Shown: positions 20,471-30,392 of the stretch, piece after piece
Position numbering within the stretch: position 1 is the first letter of the stretch
How the letters are laid out: each line of letters opens with the position of its first letter
From: Acidimicrobiia bacterium
Lineage (GTDB): Bacteria; Actinomycetota; Acidimicrobiia; Spongiisociales; UBA4744
NCBI GenBank assembly: GCA_029863625.1
Contig: JAOTUY010000009.1
Location: 1,523 to 65,522, forward strand
Length of the DNA stretch: 64,000 nt
Reading direction: 5' to 3'
Position numbers and translations under genes: made by a program
Notes under the pieces: generated by a model
What the model saw: only the letters and a program-made list of their open reading frames with translations
What the model was told of the DNA's origin: nothing
Databases searched by the model: none

Positions 20471-22007
20471 CGACTCCGGCCTGGCGCTGGCCACCGTGCT
20501 CGTGAGTATTTTGGTGCTCACTTTGTTCACCACCCTCCTTCTGCGGGAAGCGGTTACGCAGCGCCAGCAGGCGGAATTCCAGGCCCGCGAGGATGTTGTA
20601 GTCGCCGGGGCCGAAGCCATGCTCGAGCGGTATGCGGCCAAGCTGACCGTCGATCCGCTCTACTTCATCCACTGGGTGGATGAGGGGGAGCGGGCCCGTG
20701 TGTGCGACAAGCCCGCCTCGGCCGGGTACGGTCAGCCGGCCGTCCAACCGGGCAACAAATGGCCCTGGGCTGATTGTGAAGTCTGGACCTACGAAGATCC
20801 CGATCGGGACGGAGACGGTAATCCCGATTCAGACTGGTACGTCCACCCCATTCTCGACGGAACCGTGGCCGCCGCCCGGGACGATATCGGGGTGTTGTTA
20901 GAGGTCTCCCCGCCCAGCGGGAGCCCGCTCGAAGTGCTCGTGGTCGGGAAAAGAGGCGATTGGGTGCACCGGCGTGCTATCTCGGCCACCATTCAGGCGA
21001 CCTCCCTATCTGAGTTCTACCGGGTCACCGAGAACGACCTCAACTACGGGGCAAACCGCCAAACCTGGGGCAAGGTCTATTCGGGCGGCCACGTGTCCTA
21101 CGGCGCAAACGGCGAAGCCCACGCAGATGTGTTTGCGGAGGACAAGATCACGAGCCCGCCCGCTTGGGAGGACGGAGCCGAAGGGTGGGAGAGTACCCCG
21201 GCCGCGTCCTACAACGACATTCGCGATGCGTTTCCCCAGCCGCTCGATTTCAACGACTTCTGGGACGATCTCGACGTCCTCAAGTCGGCCGCCTGCAGCG
21301 GGGGCTTGTGTCTCGACGACGCCGACGCCGAAGGATGGCGCATCCACCCGTTCGTAACCGGCGGTGTTGGAAAACTCGAGGTGTGTAAATCCACCACCTC
21401 CAACAATGAGACGTGGTGGTTTACCAACGGGCAGTCGGCCCAGTTCAGCAACTGCGTGACGGAGGAGATCCCCGCCAACGGCGCGGTGTGGGCCAACGCC
21501 CATGTTGTGATCGGCGATCGAGATTTCTGGGGCGGCGACTACAACGATCGGATCCTGGGAGACGGGTTCAGCGAAGCGATCCTGAAAGGTTCGCTCACCG
21601 TCTACGCCGGATCGGTGACCGACAAGAAGAATCTGATCCTCAACGCCGACACCACCTACGACAATCCCAACTCGTTGGACACGCTCGGGTTGATCGCATC
21701 GGACGAGGTCATCGTCAACGGCGAGGCCACCGGCGCCGACAAGAAGTTCTACATCAGCGCGGCTCTGCTCGGTCAGTTCAGCAAATGGGTTGCGCATGGG
21801 TTGACGCCATCCGGTTCGACACTGATCACAAGGGGATCGATCGCCACACGCGACACCGGAGCGATCTCCGGCGCCTTCCCTTACGCACAGTACGAATACG
21901 ACGAACGGTTCAGATACCTGCGGCCGCCGTTCTTTCCGCTGCTGGTCAACGACTGGTCATACGAGGACTGGACCGAGTTGCCATTGCCCGCCTGGGCGCT
22001 TCCCTAG
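20454..22007 (+). CDS. PilX-like pilus assembly / minor pilin protein (517 aa)
   Basis: The N-terminus MRRIRSDSGLALATVLVSILVLTLFTTLLL matches the PilX N-terminal domain pattern. It is followed by a large secreted domain. It overlaps the upstream gene by 17 nt. Confidence 0.55.
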   Translation: MRRIRSDSGLALATVLVSILVLTLFTTLLLREAVTQRQQAEFQAREDVVVAGAEAMLERYAAKLTVDPLYFIHWVDEGERARVCDKPASAGYGQPAVQPGNKWPWADCEVWTYEDPDRDGDGNPDSDWYVHPILDGTVAAARDDIGVLLEVSPPSGSPLEVLVVGKRGDWVHRRAISATIQATSLSEFYRVTENDLNYGANRQTWGKVYSGGHVSYGANGEAHADVFAEDKITSPPAWEDGAEGWESTPAASYNDIRDAFPQPLDFNDFWDDLDVLKSAACSGGLCLDDADAEGWRIHPFVTGGVGKLEVCKSTTSNNETWWFTNGQSAQFSNCVTEEIPANGAVWANAHVVIGDRDFWGGDYNDRILGDGFSEAILKGSLTVYAGSVTDKKNLILNADTTYDNPNSLDTLGLIASDEVIVNGEATGADKKFYISAALLGQFSKWVAHGLTPSGSTLITRGSIATRDTGAISGAFPYAQYEYDERFRYLRPPFFPLLVNDWSYEDWTELPLPAWALP

Positions 22008-22077
22008 ACGCTTGCGGAGACTTCTGCATCACATCGTCTGAACTACCCTGACCCCGATTCCAAATCGGGGAGGGTCC

Positions 22078-22725
22078 TTGCTCATCGCCGGCAAATCGCT
22101 GTGGCTCGCTGAGACCAATTGTTGGGTAGTCGCGCCCGATGCGGGCGGACTTGGGGTGCTCATCGACGCTCCGCCCGATCCTGGTGGCGTGATCGATCTG
22201 CTCGCCGAGCATCACGTCACGCCGGTTGCGTTGCTCCTGACCCACGGGCACATCGATCACACCGGGGGAGCAGGTGTCGTGGTCGGTTCGGAAGGGATTG
22301 ACGCGTACGTCCATCCAGACGACGATTACCTCACGCTCGACCCCCTCGGCCAACTTCGCACGCTTTTCGGCATGGTTCCTCCCGGCGACTTCTCGCCTCC
22401 GGCCCGGCGGATAGCGCTCAGCGATGGGCAGATCCTGCGCCTGGCCGGGTTCGACCTGCAGGTCGTCCATACCCCCGGGCACACTCCGGGGCACTGCTGT
22501 TTCCTGATCCGCGACGAAGGCATCTTGTTTTCCGGAGATCACCTTTTCGCCGGTTCGATCGGTAGGACGGATCTTCCCGGCGGGGATTACGACACGCTGA
22601 TGGACAGCATGCGCGACAAAGTTCTCCCGCTCGATGACCAGGTATTGGTATATCCCGGGCATGGGCCTACGACTACCCTGGCCCGTGAACGCCGCACCAA
22701 CCCCTTTCTCCAAGAGTTGATCTGA
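22078..22725 (+). CDS. MBL-fold metallo-hydrolase (glyoxalase II-like)
   Basis: LTHGHIDHTGG (HxHxDH) zinc motif. Located just upstream of hisS, as the hydroxyacylglutathione hydrolase-like gene is in mycobacteria. Confidence 0.8.
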   Translation: MLIAGKSLWLAETNCWVVAPDAGGLGVLIDAPPDPGGVIDLLAEHHVTPVALLLTHGHIDHTGGAGVVVGSEGIDAYVHPDDDYLTLDPLGQLRTLFGMVPPGDFSPPARRIALSDGQILRLAGFDLQVVHTPGHTPGHCCFLIRDEGILFSGDHLFAGSIGRTDLPGGDYDTLMDSMRDKVLPLDDQVLVYPGHGPTTTLARERRTNPFLQELI

Positions 22726-23952
22726 ATGACCTTTCGCGCACCAAAAGGAACCGACGACATCCTTCCACCGGTCTCCCGCACCTGGCGGAGACTCCTGCTG
22801 ACCTGGGAGGACTGGGCGGCCCGCTACGGGTATGAACTGGTGCTCACGCCCCTTTTCGAGGCCACTGAAGTGTTCGCCCGGGGAACCGGCGAAGGCACTG
22901 AGGTCGTTCAGAAACAGATGTACACGTTCGAAGACAAGGGCGGAAGATCTCTCACGCTCCGCCCGGAGGGGACTCCTTCGGTGGTCCGGGCCTTCCTCGA
23001 GGCGGGCGCCGACGGGATCTTGAAGGCGGCGTATTGGGGTCCGATGTTCCGCTACGAGCGTCCGCAGGCCGGACGCCGGCGCCAGTTTTATCAGATCGAT
23101 GTGGAATACCTCGGGTCCCGAGAAGCTGCCGCCGATGCCGAGGTCATCGAGTTGGGGTATCGGTATCTCATCGACGCCTCCGTGCCGGGGTTGAGCGTTC
23201 AAATCAACTCGATCGGAGATCGAGAATGCCGCCCCGCATATCTGGAAGTGTTGAAGGAATACCTGGAGAGTCGCCGGGACGTGCTGTGTGACGACAGCCT
23301 GTTGCGCCTCACAACCAACCCGATGCGAGTTCTCGACTGCAAGATATGTGCCCCGAAGCTCTCAGATGCTCCCTCGCCGGTTGACTATCTGTGTGACGCC
23401 TGCACCACCCACTACGGCGAGGTGCGGTCTATCTTGCGCGAGTTGGGCGTGCCGTTCGAAGCGACGCCCCGACTGGTCAGGGGCCTCGACTACTACGAAC
23501 GCACCGCATTCGAATACGTCGCAACCGACCTGAAGGCAGCGCAGAACGCGGTGGGAGGCGGCGGACGCTACGACGGTTTGGCCGAATTACTTGGCGGCCG
23601 GCCCGTCCCGGGCGTGGGGTTCGCGCTGGGTTTGGATCGCATCGTGTTGACTCTCGGCGACGTGGAAGAACCCAACCCACTCGACCTGTACATCATCGTG
23701 ACCGCAGGGCGTCGCCGCGAGGCACTCCGGTTCACTTCTGAGCTGCGCCGGTCGGGAATCAGAGCGGACCTCGATGTTGAGAGCCGCTCGGTGAAAGCTC
23801 AATTCCGGGCGGCCGATCGGAGAGGCGCAGCGGGGGCCCTGGTGATAGGCGATGAGTGGTCAGAAGGCCGGGTGGTCGCCAAGGATCTAGCCAGCGGCCA
23901 TCAGGAGATAATCCGCATAGAGGAGGTTGAAGCATGGACCCGACGGCTGTAG
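22726..23952 (+). CDS. hisS: Histidine--tRNA ligase
   Basis: PKGTDDILP at the N-terminus, class II motifs (FRYERPQAGRRRQFYQ; GGGRYDGL) and a C-terminal anticodon-binding domain. Confidence 0.95.
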   Translation: MTFRAPKGTDDILPPVSRTWRRLLLTWEDWAARYGYELVLTPLFEATEVFARGTGEGTEVVQKQMYTFEDKGGRSLTLRPEGTPSVVRAFLEAGADGILKAAYWGPMFRYERPQAGRRRQFYQIDVEYLGSREAAADAEVIELGYRYLIDASVPGLSVQINSIGDRECRPAYLEVLKEYLESRRDVLCDDSLLRLTTNPMRVLDCKICAPKLSDAPSPVDYLCDACTTHYGEVRSILRELGVPFEATPRLVRGLDYYERTAFEYVATDLKAAQNAVGGGGRYDGLAELLGGRPVPGVGFALGLDRIVLTLGDVEEPNPLDLYIIVTAGRRREALRFTSELRRSGIRADLDVESRSVKAQFRAADRRGAAGALVIGDEWSEGRVVAKDLASGHQEIIRIEEVEAWTRRL

Positions 23953-25727
23953 GGGGCGAAAAGCCCTATCGGACTGCCTACGCCGCCGATGTGTCTGAGG
24001 CGAAGGCCGGTGAACGGGTCCGCCTGGCCGGTTGGGTGGCGAGACGACGCGACCAGGGCGGCGTCTACTTCTTCGATTTGCGCGATGTCTCCGGGCTGGT
24101 GCAGGTGGTGGTCGATCCGGCCGAGGTCCCGGCCGCACGGGACCTGCGGATGGAGTACTGCATCACGGTCGAAGGCACGGTGCGACCGCGTCCCGCCGGG
24201 ATGGGGAATCCCGAGCTGGCGACCGGAAACGTCGAACTGGCCGCCGATCAGCTCGAGGTCTTGAGCAGGTCGGAGCCACTTCCTTTCATAATCGACGATC
24301 GCTCCGAGGCAGATGAGCGCCTCCGATTGGAATACCGATACCTCGATCTTCGCCGCCCCCGCATGGCGAGAAACCTCCGGGCCCGCTCTGTGGCTACTGC
24401 CGCGATGCGGGACGTTCTCAATGGCCGCGATTTTCTGGAGATTGAAACTCCCACCTTGATTCGCTCGACACCCGAGGGGGCTCGTGACATGCTGGTGCCG
24501 AGCAGGCTCCGTCGGGGAGATTTCTACGCCCTGCCCCAATCGCCGCAGTTGTTCAAGCAGCTGTTGATGGTGGGGGGTGTCGACCGCTATTACCAGATCG
24601 CCCGGTGTTACCGCGATGAGGACTTCCGAAGCGACCGGCAGCTGGAATTCACTCAGCTGGATGTGGAAGGTTCTTTCTGGGGCAGGGAAGGCGTGTTGGA
24701 GACGTTTGAGGCCGTTGTTGCGGCCGTCGTGGAAAGATTGCGCGGGGTCACGCTGAACCTGCCATTTCCACGCCTTGCCTACGCGGAAGCCCTGCTTCGC
24801 TACGGCACCGACAAGCCCGACCTTCGTTTTGGCATGGAGATCTCAGACCTCAGCGATGTGTTTGCCGAGACAGGCTTCCGGGCGTTCTCGGCCACCCTCG
24901 AGGCCGGCGGTGTGATCCGTGGGTTCAACGCCGGTGACCGGCAGCTGTCCCGGTCTCAAATCGATGGCCTGGAAACCAGGGCCAAGGAATTGGGCGCCAA
25001 AGGGCTGGTTTCAGCCGTTGTGGAGGAGGGGGGATCCCTGCGTTCGCCGACCACCAAATTCCTTTCTGAGCCCGAGACGACGGCGATCGTCAAGACCCTG
25101 GGCGGTGCGCCGGGTGATCTCCTGTTGCTCGTAGCCGACACGGCCCGTACGGCCGCTCAGGTGCTTGGTCAGTTGCGACTGGATGTTGGCAAGCCGGCGG
25201 GGCACGATGAGCTTGTATTTCTGTGGGTGATCGACTTTCCGATATTTGATGAACTCGAGAGCGGGGACCTGGCTCCGTCCCATCATCCCTTCACGGCACC
25301 GGTCGACCTCATCGAAATGCGGGAAAGGCCCCGCCAGGCAATTGCCAAGGCATACGACCTCGTCTTGAACGGCAGCGAACTGGGTTCTGGCTCTGTCCGG
25401 ATTCACGACCCGGAGGTCCAGCAAGAGGTTTTCAAGATCCTGGGCATTTCTGCCGAAGAGGCGGAAAGCCGCTTCGGCTGGTTCGTCAAGGCGCTGCGCT
25501 ACGGCACTCCGCCCCACGCCGGTTTCGCAATGGGGGTCGACCGGTTGCTGGCGATTCTGCAACGGGAAACGAGCATTCGCGATGTCATCCCGTTCCCAAA
25601 GACGCAAACAGGGATCGATCCAATGACCGGTTCGCCGACCGCTGTGGACCCGACCCAACTCGCCGAGCTGGGTATCGCACTGCGGGTCGGCCCCGATCCC
25701 GAGGATCCGGATCGGGAAGATGGATGA
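23934..25727 (+). CDS. aspS: Aspartate--tRNA ligase
   Basis: OB-fold N-terminus, class IIb motifs (FRDEDFRSDRQLEFTQLD; GSGSVRIHD; GGFAMGVDRL). Confidence 0.95.
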   Translation: MDPTAVGGEKPYRTAYAADVSEAKAGERVRLAGWVARRRDQGGVYFFDLRDVSGLVQVVVDPAEVPAARDLRMEYCITVEGTVRPRPAGMGNPELATGNVELAADQLEVLSRSEPLPFIIDDRSEADERLRLEYRYLDLRRPRMARNLRARSVATAAMRDVLNGRDFLEIETPTLIRSTPEGARDMLVPSRLRRGDFYALPQSPQLFKQLLMVGGVDRYYQIARCYRDEDFRSDRQLEFTQLDVEGSFWGREGVLETFEAVVAAVVERLRGVTLNLPFPRLAYAEALLRYGTDKPDLRFGMEISDLSDVFAETGFRAFSATLEAGGVIRGFNAGDRQLSRSQIDGLETRAKELGAKGLVSAVVEEGGSLRSPTTKFLSEPETTAIVKTLGGAPGDLLLLVADTARTAAQVLGQLRLDVGKPAGHDELVFLWVIDFPIFDELESGDLAPSHHPFTAPVDLIEMRERPRQAIAKAYDLVLNGSELGSGSVRIHDPEVQQEVFKILGISAEEAESRFGWFVKALRYGTPPHAGFAMGVDRLLAILQRETSIRDVIPFPKTQTGIDPMTGSPTAVDPTQLAELGIALRVGPDPEDPDREDG

Positions 25728-27093
25728 TCTCTTTGCCGCACATCGGCAGGCTCGACAGGCGGAAATAGCTCCGCTGGCAACGCGCATGAGGCCGCGTACC
25801 CTCGACGAGATCGCCGGACAACCCCATCTGGTGGGATCCGGCACCGCGTTCCGGACCATGATCGAAGCGGGGCGACCGGTCTCGATGATCCTGTGGGGGC
25901 CTCCGGGCACCGGCAAAACCACCCTGGCCCGCCTGGTCGCCGCCCAATCGGAAGCACACTTCGAGCAACTCTCCGCCACGGCGGCCGGTGTCAAAGACGT
26001 GCGCGACGTCCTCGCCGGAGCCCGCCGGCGGTTGGGGGAGGAAGATCGGCGCACGGTTCTCTTTCTGGATGAAATCCATCGGTTCAGCACATCGCAGCAG
26101 GACGCGCTGCTCCCCGGCGTTGAGGATGGAACGCTGGTGCTGGTCGGAGCGACAACCGAAAACCCCTTTTTCGAGATCAACTCGCCACTCATTTCTCGTT
26201 CGACCTTGTTCCGCCTGGATGGGATCGAGCCGACGGACCTGGCCGATCTCATCGATCGCGCCCTGAGCGACTCCGAAAGGGGACTCGGGGCTTTCAATCT
26301 GACGATCGACGACCAAGCCCGCACTGCTCTCGCCGATAGATGTGGGGGAGACGCCCGGTTGGCACTGAACGCCCTGGAGATCGCGGCGTTCCTAGCCCGC
26401 TCGACCGATTCCGATATCACGTTCGCACACATTGAAGAAGCGCTGCAGCGCCGTATCGTCCGCTACGACAAGGCGGGGGATCAGCATTACGACGTCATCT
26501 CGGCGTTCATCAAGAGCCTGCGCGGGTCCGACCCCGACGCTTCGCTTTACTGGCTTCACACGATGCTCGAAGCGGGCGAGGACCCCGAATTCATTGCCCG
26601 ACGGATGATCGTTTTCGCCTCTGAAGACATCGGGCTGGCCGATTCGAGTGCGCTCTCTGTGGCGGTGACGGCCGGCCAGGCCCTCGCCTATGTCGGTTTA
26701 CCGGAAGCATCCTACGCACTGAGCCACGCCGCCCTCTATCTGGCAACGGCACCAAAATCCGACTCGGTCAAGTCGGCGATGGGCGCCGCCCGGCAGGCCG
26801 TTGCCGAGACGCCCGGCGACCAGGTGCCCATGCACCTGCGCCAGGCGGGTTATCAAGGCGCGGCCGTGCTCGGCCATGGAGAGGGATACCGGTACCCGCA
26901 CGACCACCCCGGCCATATCGTTCGCCAGGAGTATCTTCCCAAGAGTTCATCCGAGACCATCCTGTTTCGTCCCACCGATCAGGGCGATGAGGCCGAGCTG
27001 GCCAAGCGACTCAAGGAACATGACCAGATTCTCGGCAAACCACCCCGGGACCAGCGACCGGCTGCGAACCAAGAACCAGGGACCAGAGACTAA
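25720..27093 (+). CDS. rarA: Replication-associated recombination protein A (AAA+ ATPase MgsA/RarA)
   Basis: Walker A GPPGTGKTT, Walker B LFLDEIHRF and a RarA/MgsA C-terminal domain (HYDVISAFIKSLRGSDPDASLYWL). Confidence 0.9.
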   Translation: MDDLFAAHRQARQAEIAPLATRMRPRTLDEIAGQPHLVGSGTAFRTMIEAGRPVSMILWGPPGTGKTTLARLVAAQSEAHFEQLSATAAGVKDVRDVLAGARRRLGEEDRRTVLFLDEIHRFSTSQQDALLPGVEDGTLVLVGATTENPFFEINSPLISRSTLFRLDGIEPTDLADLIDRALSDSERGLGAFNLTIDDQARTALADRCGGDARLALNALEIAAFLARSTDSDITFAHIEEALQRRIVRYDKAGDQHYDVISAFIKSLRGSDPDASLYWLHTMLEAGEDPEFIARRMIVFASEDIGLADSSALSVAVTAGQALAYVGLPEASYALSHAALYLATAPKSDSVKSAMGAARQAVAETPGDQVPMHLRQAGYQGAAVLGHGEGYRYPHDHPGHIVRQEYLPKSSSETILFRPTDQGDEAELAKRLKEHDQILGKPPRDQRPAANQEPGTRD

Positions 27094-27115
27094 GAACCAG
27101 GGACCAGAGACTAAG
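27071..27115. repeat. 21-bp tandem direct repeat (AAGAACCAGGGACCAGAGACT x2 plus a partial copy) spanning the rarA stop codon
   Basis: Read directly: caagaaccagggaccagagactaagaaccagggaccagagactaagaacggg. Confidence 0.6.
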
Positions 27116-27136
27116 AACGGGAGCTACCCTCCTTCC

Positions 27137-27331
27137 ATGTTCAAGCGTTCGCTTTGGTTCTTGATAGGAGCCGTGGCGGGTTTGGGCGGCTCGGCCTGGG
27201 TCATGGCGAGGGTGGCGCGGGCCCGGGAAGCGCTGACTCCGGCCAACCTGCGCCGCACTGCCGTGCTTTCGGTCGCCGATGTGCTCGAGGGAGCAGGTAC
27301 CCGGCTACGGTCCCCAAACGGTCAGGGCTGA
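27137..27331 (+). CDS. Small hypothetical membrane protein (about 64 aa)
   Basis: MFKRSLWFLIGAVAGLGGSAWVMARVARAREAL... has one TM helix. The RBS is weak, so the call is tentative. Confidence 0.3.
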   Translation: MFKRSLWFLIGAVAGLGGSAWVMARVARAREALTPANLRRTAVLSVADVLEGAGTRLRSPNGQG

Positions 27332-27360
27332 AGCTCACCGCCCACTAACCTGTTGCATCC

Positions 27361-29982
27361 ATGGACTCCAATCAGCTTCGCTCTTCCTTCCTGAAGTTCT
27401 TCGAAGAACGGGCCCATACGGCGCGCCCGTCGGCGTCGTTGATCCCGGTTGACCCAACCCTATTGCTGAACAACGCCGGGATGGTGCCTTTCAAACCGTA
27501 TTTCCTCGGTGAGGAACAACCGCCATGGTTGCGAGCCGTCTCCTCGCAGAAATGCGTGCGGACGGTCGATATCGACATCATTGGGACCACCGCTCGGCAC
27601 ATCAGCTTCTTCGAAATGCTCGGCAACTTCAGTTTCGGGGACTATTTCAAAGAAGACGCCATTCCCTGGGCCTATGAGCTCGTTACCGAAGTCTTCGGCA
27701 TCGACCCCGAGTTTCTGTGGTTCACCGTTCACGAGACAGACGATGAGGCTGCCCAGATCTGGCTCGACAAGGTTGGCGTTGAACCCCATCGATTGCAGCG
27801 CCGGGGTCACGACAACTTCTGGCAGATGGGGGTGCCGGGACCGTGCGGACCTAGCTCCGAGATCTTCTTCGATCGCGGTTCCGCCTATGGACCGGAGGGG
27901 GGTCCGGTGGTCGACGAGGAGCGGTTTGTTGAGGTCTGGAACCTCGTTTTCATGCAGAACATCCAGGATGAGCCCTACCACGTTGTCGGCGACCTCCCCG
28001 CCAAAAGCATCGACACGGGAATGGGTCTCGAGCGGATGGCCGCCGTCATGCAAGGGGCGGAGACCATCTTCGATGTCGACGTGGTGCGGCCCGTGCTGGA
28101 CACTGCGGCTCGGTCCGCCGGCGTCACGTATGGCGAAGATCCCATGGTGGATGTGTCGTTGCGCGTCCTGGCCGACCACGGGCGAGCCATGACTTTTCTC
28201 ATCGGTGATGGCGTGGTTCCATCAAATGATGGGCGCGGGTACGTGCTGCGACGCATCCTGCGGAGGGCAGTTCGTCATGCCTGGCGATTGGGCGGTGACG
28301 GTCTGATCACCCCAAAACTGGTGCAAGCCACCGTCAACGTCATGGCGGTGGGCTACCCCAGGCTGGTGGAACAGCAAGGGTTTATTACCGAGGTCGTGAC
28401 CCGTGAAGAGGCTCGGTTTCGTAAGACCCTGAAGTCCGGGCACACGCTCTTGGAAACCGAACTCGAAACGGTCACAGAAGGCGGGTTGCTATCCGGCGAT
28501 ACGACCTTCAAGCTGCACGACACGTTTGGGTTTCCGGTCGAGCTCACCAAGGAGATCGCCGCGGAACGTGGTGTCGACATCGACTTGCAGGCTTTCGAGA
28601 TTGCGATGGAGGAGCAACGGACCATGGCTCGGGCGGCCTGGAAGGGGGGCGAGGACTCCGCCACGGCCGATGCCTACCGCCTGCTTTTGGAGGAGATTGG
28701 GCCAACCGAATTCCTCGGATACGCCCAAGAGAAGAGCCAAAGCCGCATTCTGTCGTTGTTGCGGGACGGCTCGCCTACCGACCGAGCTGAGGAAAACGAA
28801 GAAGTCGAAGTGTTCCTCGACCGAACTCCGTTCTATGCAGAAGCAGGAGGACAGGTCGGTGACACCGGTTTGATTGAGACCGAGACCGGCCGCCTGGTGG
28901 TCAGGGACACTCAGGCCGGTGTGCAGGGCCTCAACGGTCACCGGGCGATCGTGGCGAAAGGGCTTGTGCAAGTTGGGCAGGATGCCGAAGCGCGGATCGA
29001 TTCGCCCCGGCGGGAAGGAATCCGAAAGAGCCACACGGGGACCCATGTCCTGCATTGGGCGCTGCGCGAGGTGTTGGGCCAGCATGTCCATCAGGCAGGC
29101 TCGCTCGTTCAGAGCGGTCGGCTGCGGTTCGATTTCAGCCACTTCGCCGGGCTCGAAGAGGACGAATTCGCCGAGGTCGAGCGCATCGCTAATGAACGGG
29201 TCATCGCCAATGCCGGCGTGCGGGCTTTCGAGACCGGCCAGGAAGAGGCTCACGCCCTCGGGGCTCTCGCCTTCTTCGGCGACAAGTACGGCGAGGTAGT
29301 TCGGGTCGTCGAGATCGGGGATTACTCCAAGGAACTCTGCGGTGGCACGCATACCCCGTCGGCAGGGCAGGTCGGCCCGCTCGTGGTCATGGGAGAATCG
29401 TCGATCGGGTCGAACCTCCGTCGCATTGAGGCTTTGTCGGGCGATCATGCCTACGAGTATCTGGCCGGGCTGCGGAGGCGGTTGATCGACACCGGGCGCC
29501 TGCTGCGGGCTAAGCCCGATGAGGTTCCCCGCAGAGTCGAGGCTCTCCTGGATCGGGCCAGCGAGCTCGAGGAGAGACTCGCCGTCATCGGACAACGATC
29601 GCGCGCCGAAGAAGCGGCCGAGATCGCGGCATCGGCTGAGAAGATTGGGGATGCACGTTGGGCGGTCGCAGGCGCAGGCGAAATGGCACCCGACCAGTTG
29701 CGCTCTTTGGCGCTGCAGGTGCGGGAGCGGCTGGGACGCGGCGTGGTCGTTCTCGGCAGTACCAATGCGGGCAAAGGAGCGCTGCTGGGGGCGGTATCCG
29801 GGGATCTGGTCGCCGCCGGAGTTTCGGCGGCCGAAATCATCCTGCCGGCCGCACGCATTCTGGGAGGAGGCGGCAGCCGGGATCCAGAACTTGCTCAGGC
29901 GGGAGGGCCTCACGGTGATCGGCTGGAAGAAGCTCTGGATTCCGCCCGGGAGGCGGCGGCCCGCGCGTTGACGGAGGTGTGA
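27361..29982 (+). CDS. alaS: Alanine--tRNA ligase
   Basis: 873 aa. N-terminal class II core (FLKFFEERAH, PSASLIP), editing-domain HxxxH/CxxxH (HTGTHVLH...CGGTH) and a C-terminal DHHA1-like domain. Confidence 0.95.
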   Translation: MDSNQLRSSFLKFFEERAHTARPSASLIPVDPTLLLNNAGMVPFKPYFLGEEQPPWLRAVSSQKCVRTVDIDIIGTTARHISFFEMLGNFSFGDYFKEDAIPWAYELVTEVFGIDPEFLWFTVHETDDEAAQIWLDKVGVEPHRLQRRGHDNFWQMGVPGPCGPSSEIFFDRGSAYGPEGGPVVDEERFVEVWNLVFMQNIQDEPYHVVGDLPAKSIDTGMGLERMAAVMQGAETIFDVDVVRPVLDTAARSAGVTYGEDPMVDVSLRVLADHGRAMTFLIGDGVVPSNDGRGYVLRRILRRAVRHAWRLGGDGLITPKLVQATVNVMAVGYPRLVEQQGFITEVVTREEARFRKTLKSGHTLLETELETVTEGGLLSGDTTFKLHDTFGFPVELTKEIAAERGVDIDLQAFEIAMEEQRTMARAAWKGGEDSATADAYRLLLEEIGPTEFLGYAQEKSQSRILSLLRDGSPTDRAEENEEVEVFLDRTPFYAEAGGQVGDTGLIETETGRLVVRDTQAGVQGLNGHRAIVAKGLVQVGQDAEARIDSPRREGIRKSHTGTHVLHWALREVLGQHVHQAGSLVQSGRLRFDFSHFAGLEEDEFAEVERIANERVIANAGVRAFETGQEEAHALGALAFFGDKYGEVVRVVEIGDYSKELCGGTHTPSAGQVGPLVVMGESSIGSNLRRIEALSGDHAYEYLAGLRRRLIDTGRLLRAKPDEVPRRVEALLDRASELEERLAVIGQRSRAEEAAEIAASAEKIGDARWAVAGAGEMAPDQLRSLALQVRERLGRGVVVLGSTNAGKGALLGAVSGDLVAAGVSAAEIILPAARILGGGGSRDPELAQAGGPHGDRLEEALDSAREAAARALTEV

Positions 29983-30392
29983 CCCTGGGCCGCATCATGG
30001 GGCTCGATTACGGTACGCGACGCATCGGCGTGGCGATGTCCGACCCATTGCATCTGACTGCCCAGCCACATGCTGTGCTGGATGCCGAGTCAAAACAGCT
30101 CTCCTCCGAGTTTCGTCGGTTGGTCGACGACAACGAGGTCGAGCTGATCGTGGTTGGACTTCCGGTGAACTTATCGGGTGAAGAAACAACATCGGCCGGG
30201 GGCGCCCGGCGACTTGCGGCCCGGGTGGCCGAGATTACCGGATGTCCGGTCGAGATGGCCGATGAGCGATTCAGCACGAAGACCGCCGAGCAGACGCTGA
30301 TCGGGGCCAACGTACGCCGCCGCCGCCGCAAGCAGGTCATCGACAAGGTAGCGGCTGCCGTCATGCTGCAGACCTTCCTGGACGGTCGTTGA
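29979..30392 (+). CDS. ruvX: Putative pre-16S rRNA nuclease / Holliday junction resolvase-like YqgF
   Basis: MGLDYGTRRIGVAMSD at the N-terminus (RNase H-like fold). Follows alaS as in most bacteria. Confidence 0.9.
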   Translation: MTLGRIMGLDYGTRRIGVAMSDPLHLTAQPHAVLDAESKQLSSEFRRLVDDNEVELIVVGLPVNLSGEETTSAGGARRLAARVAEITGCPVEMADERFSTKTAEQTLIGANVRRRRRKQVIDKVAAAVMLQTFLDGR

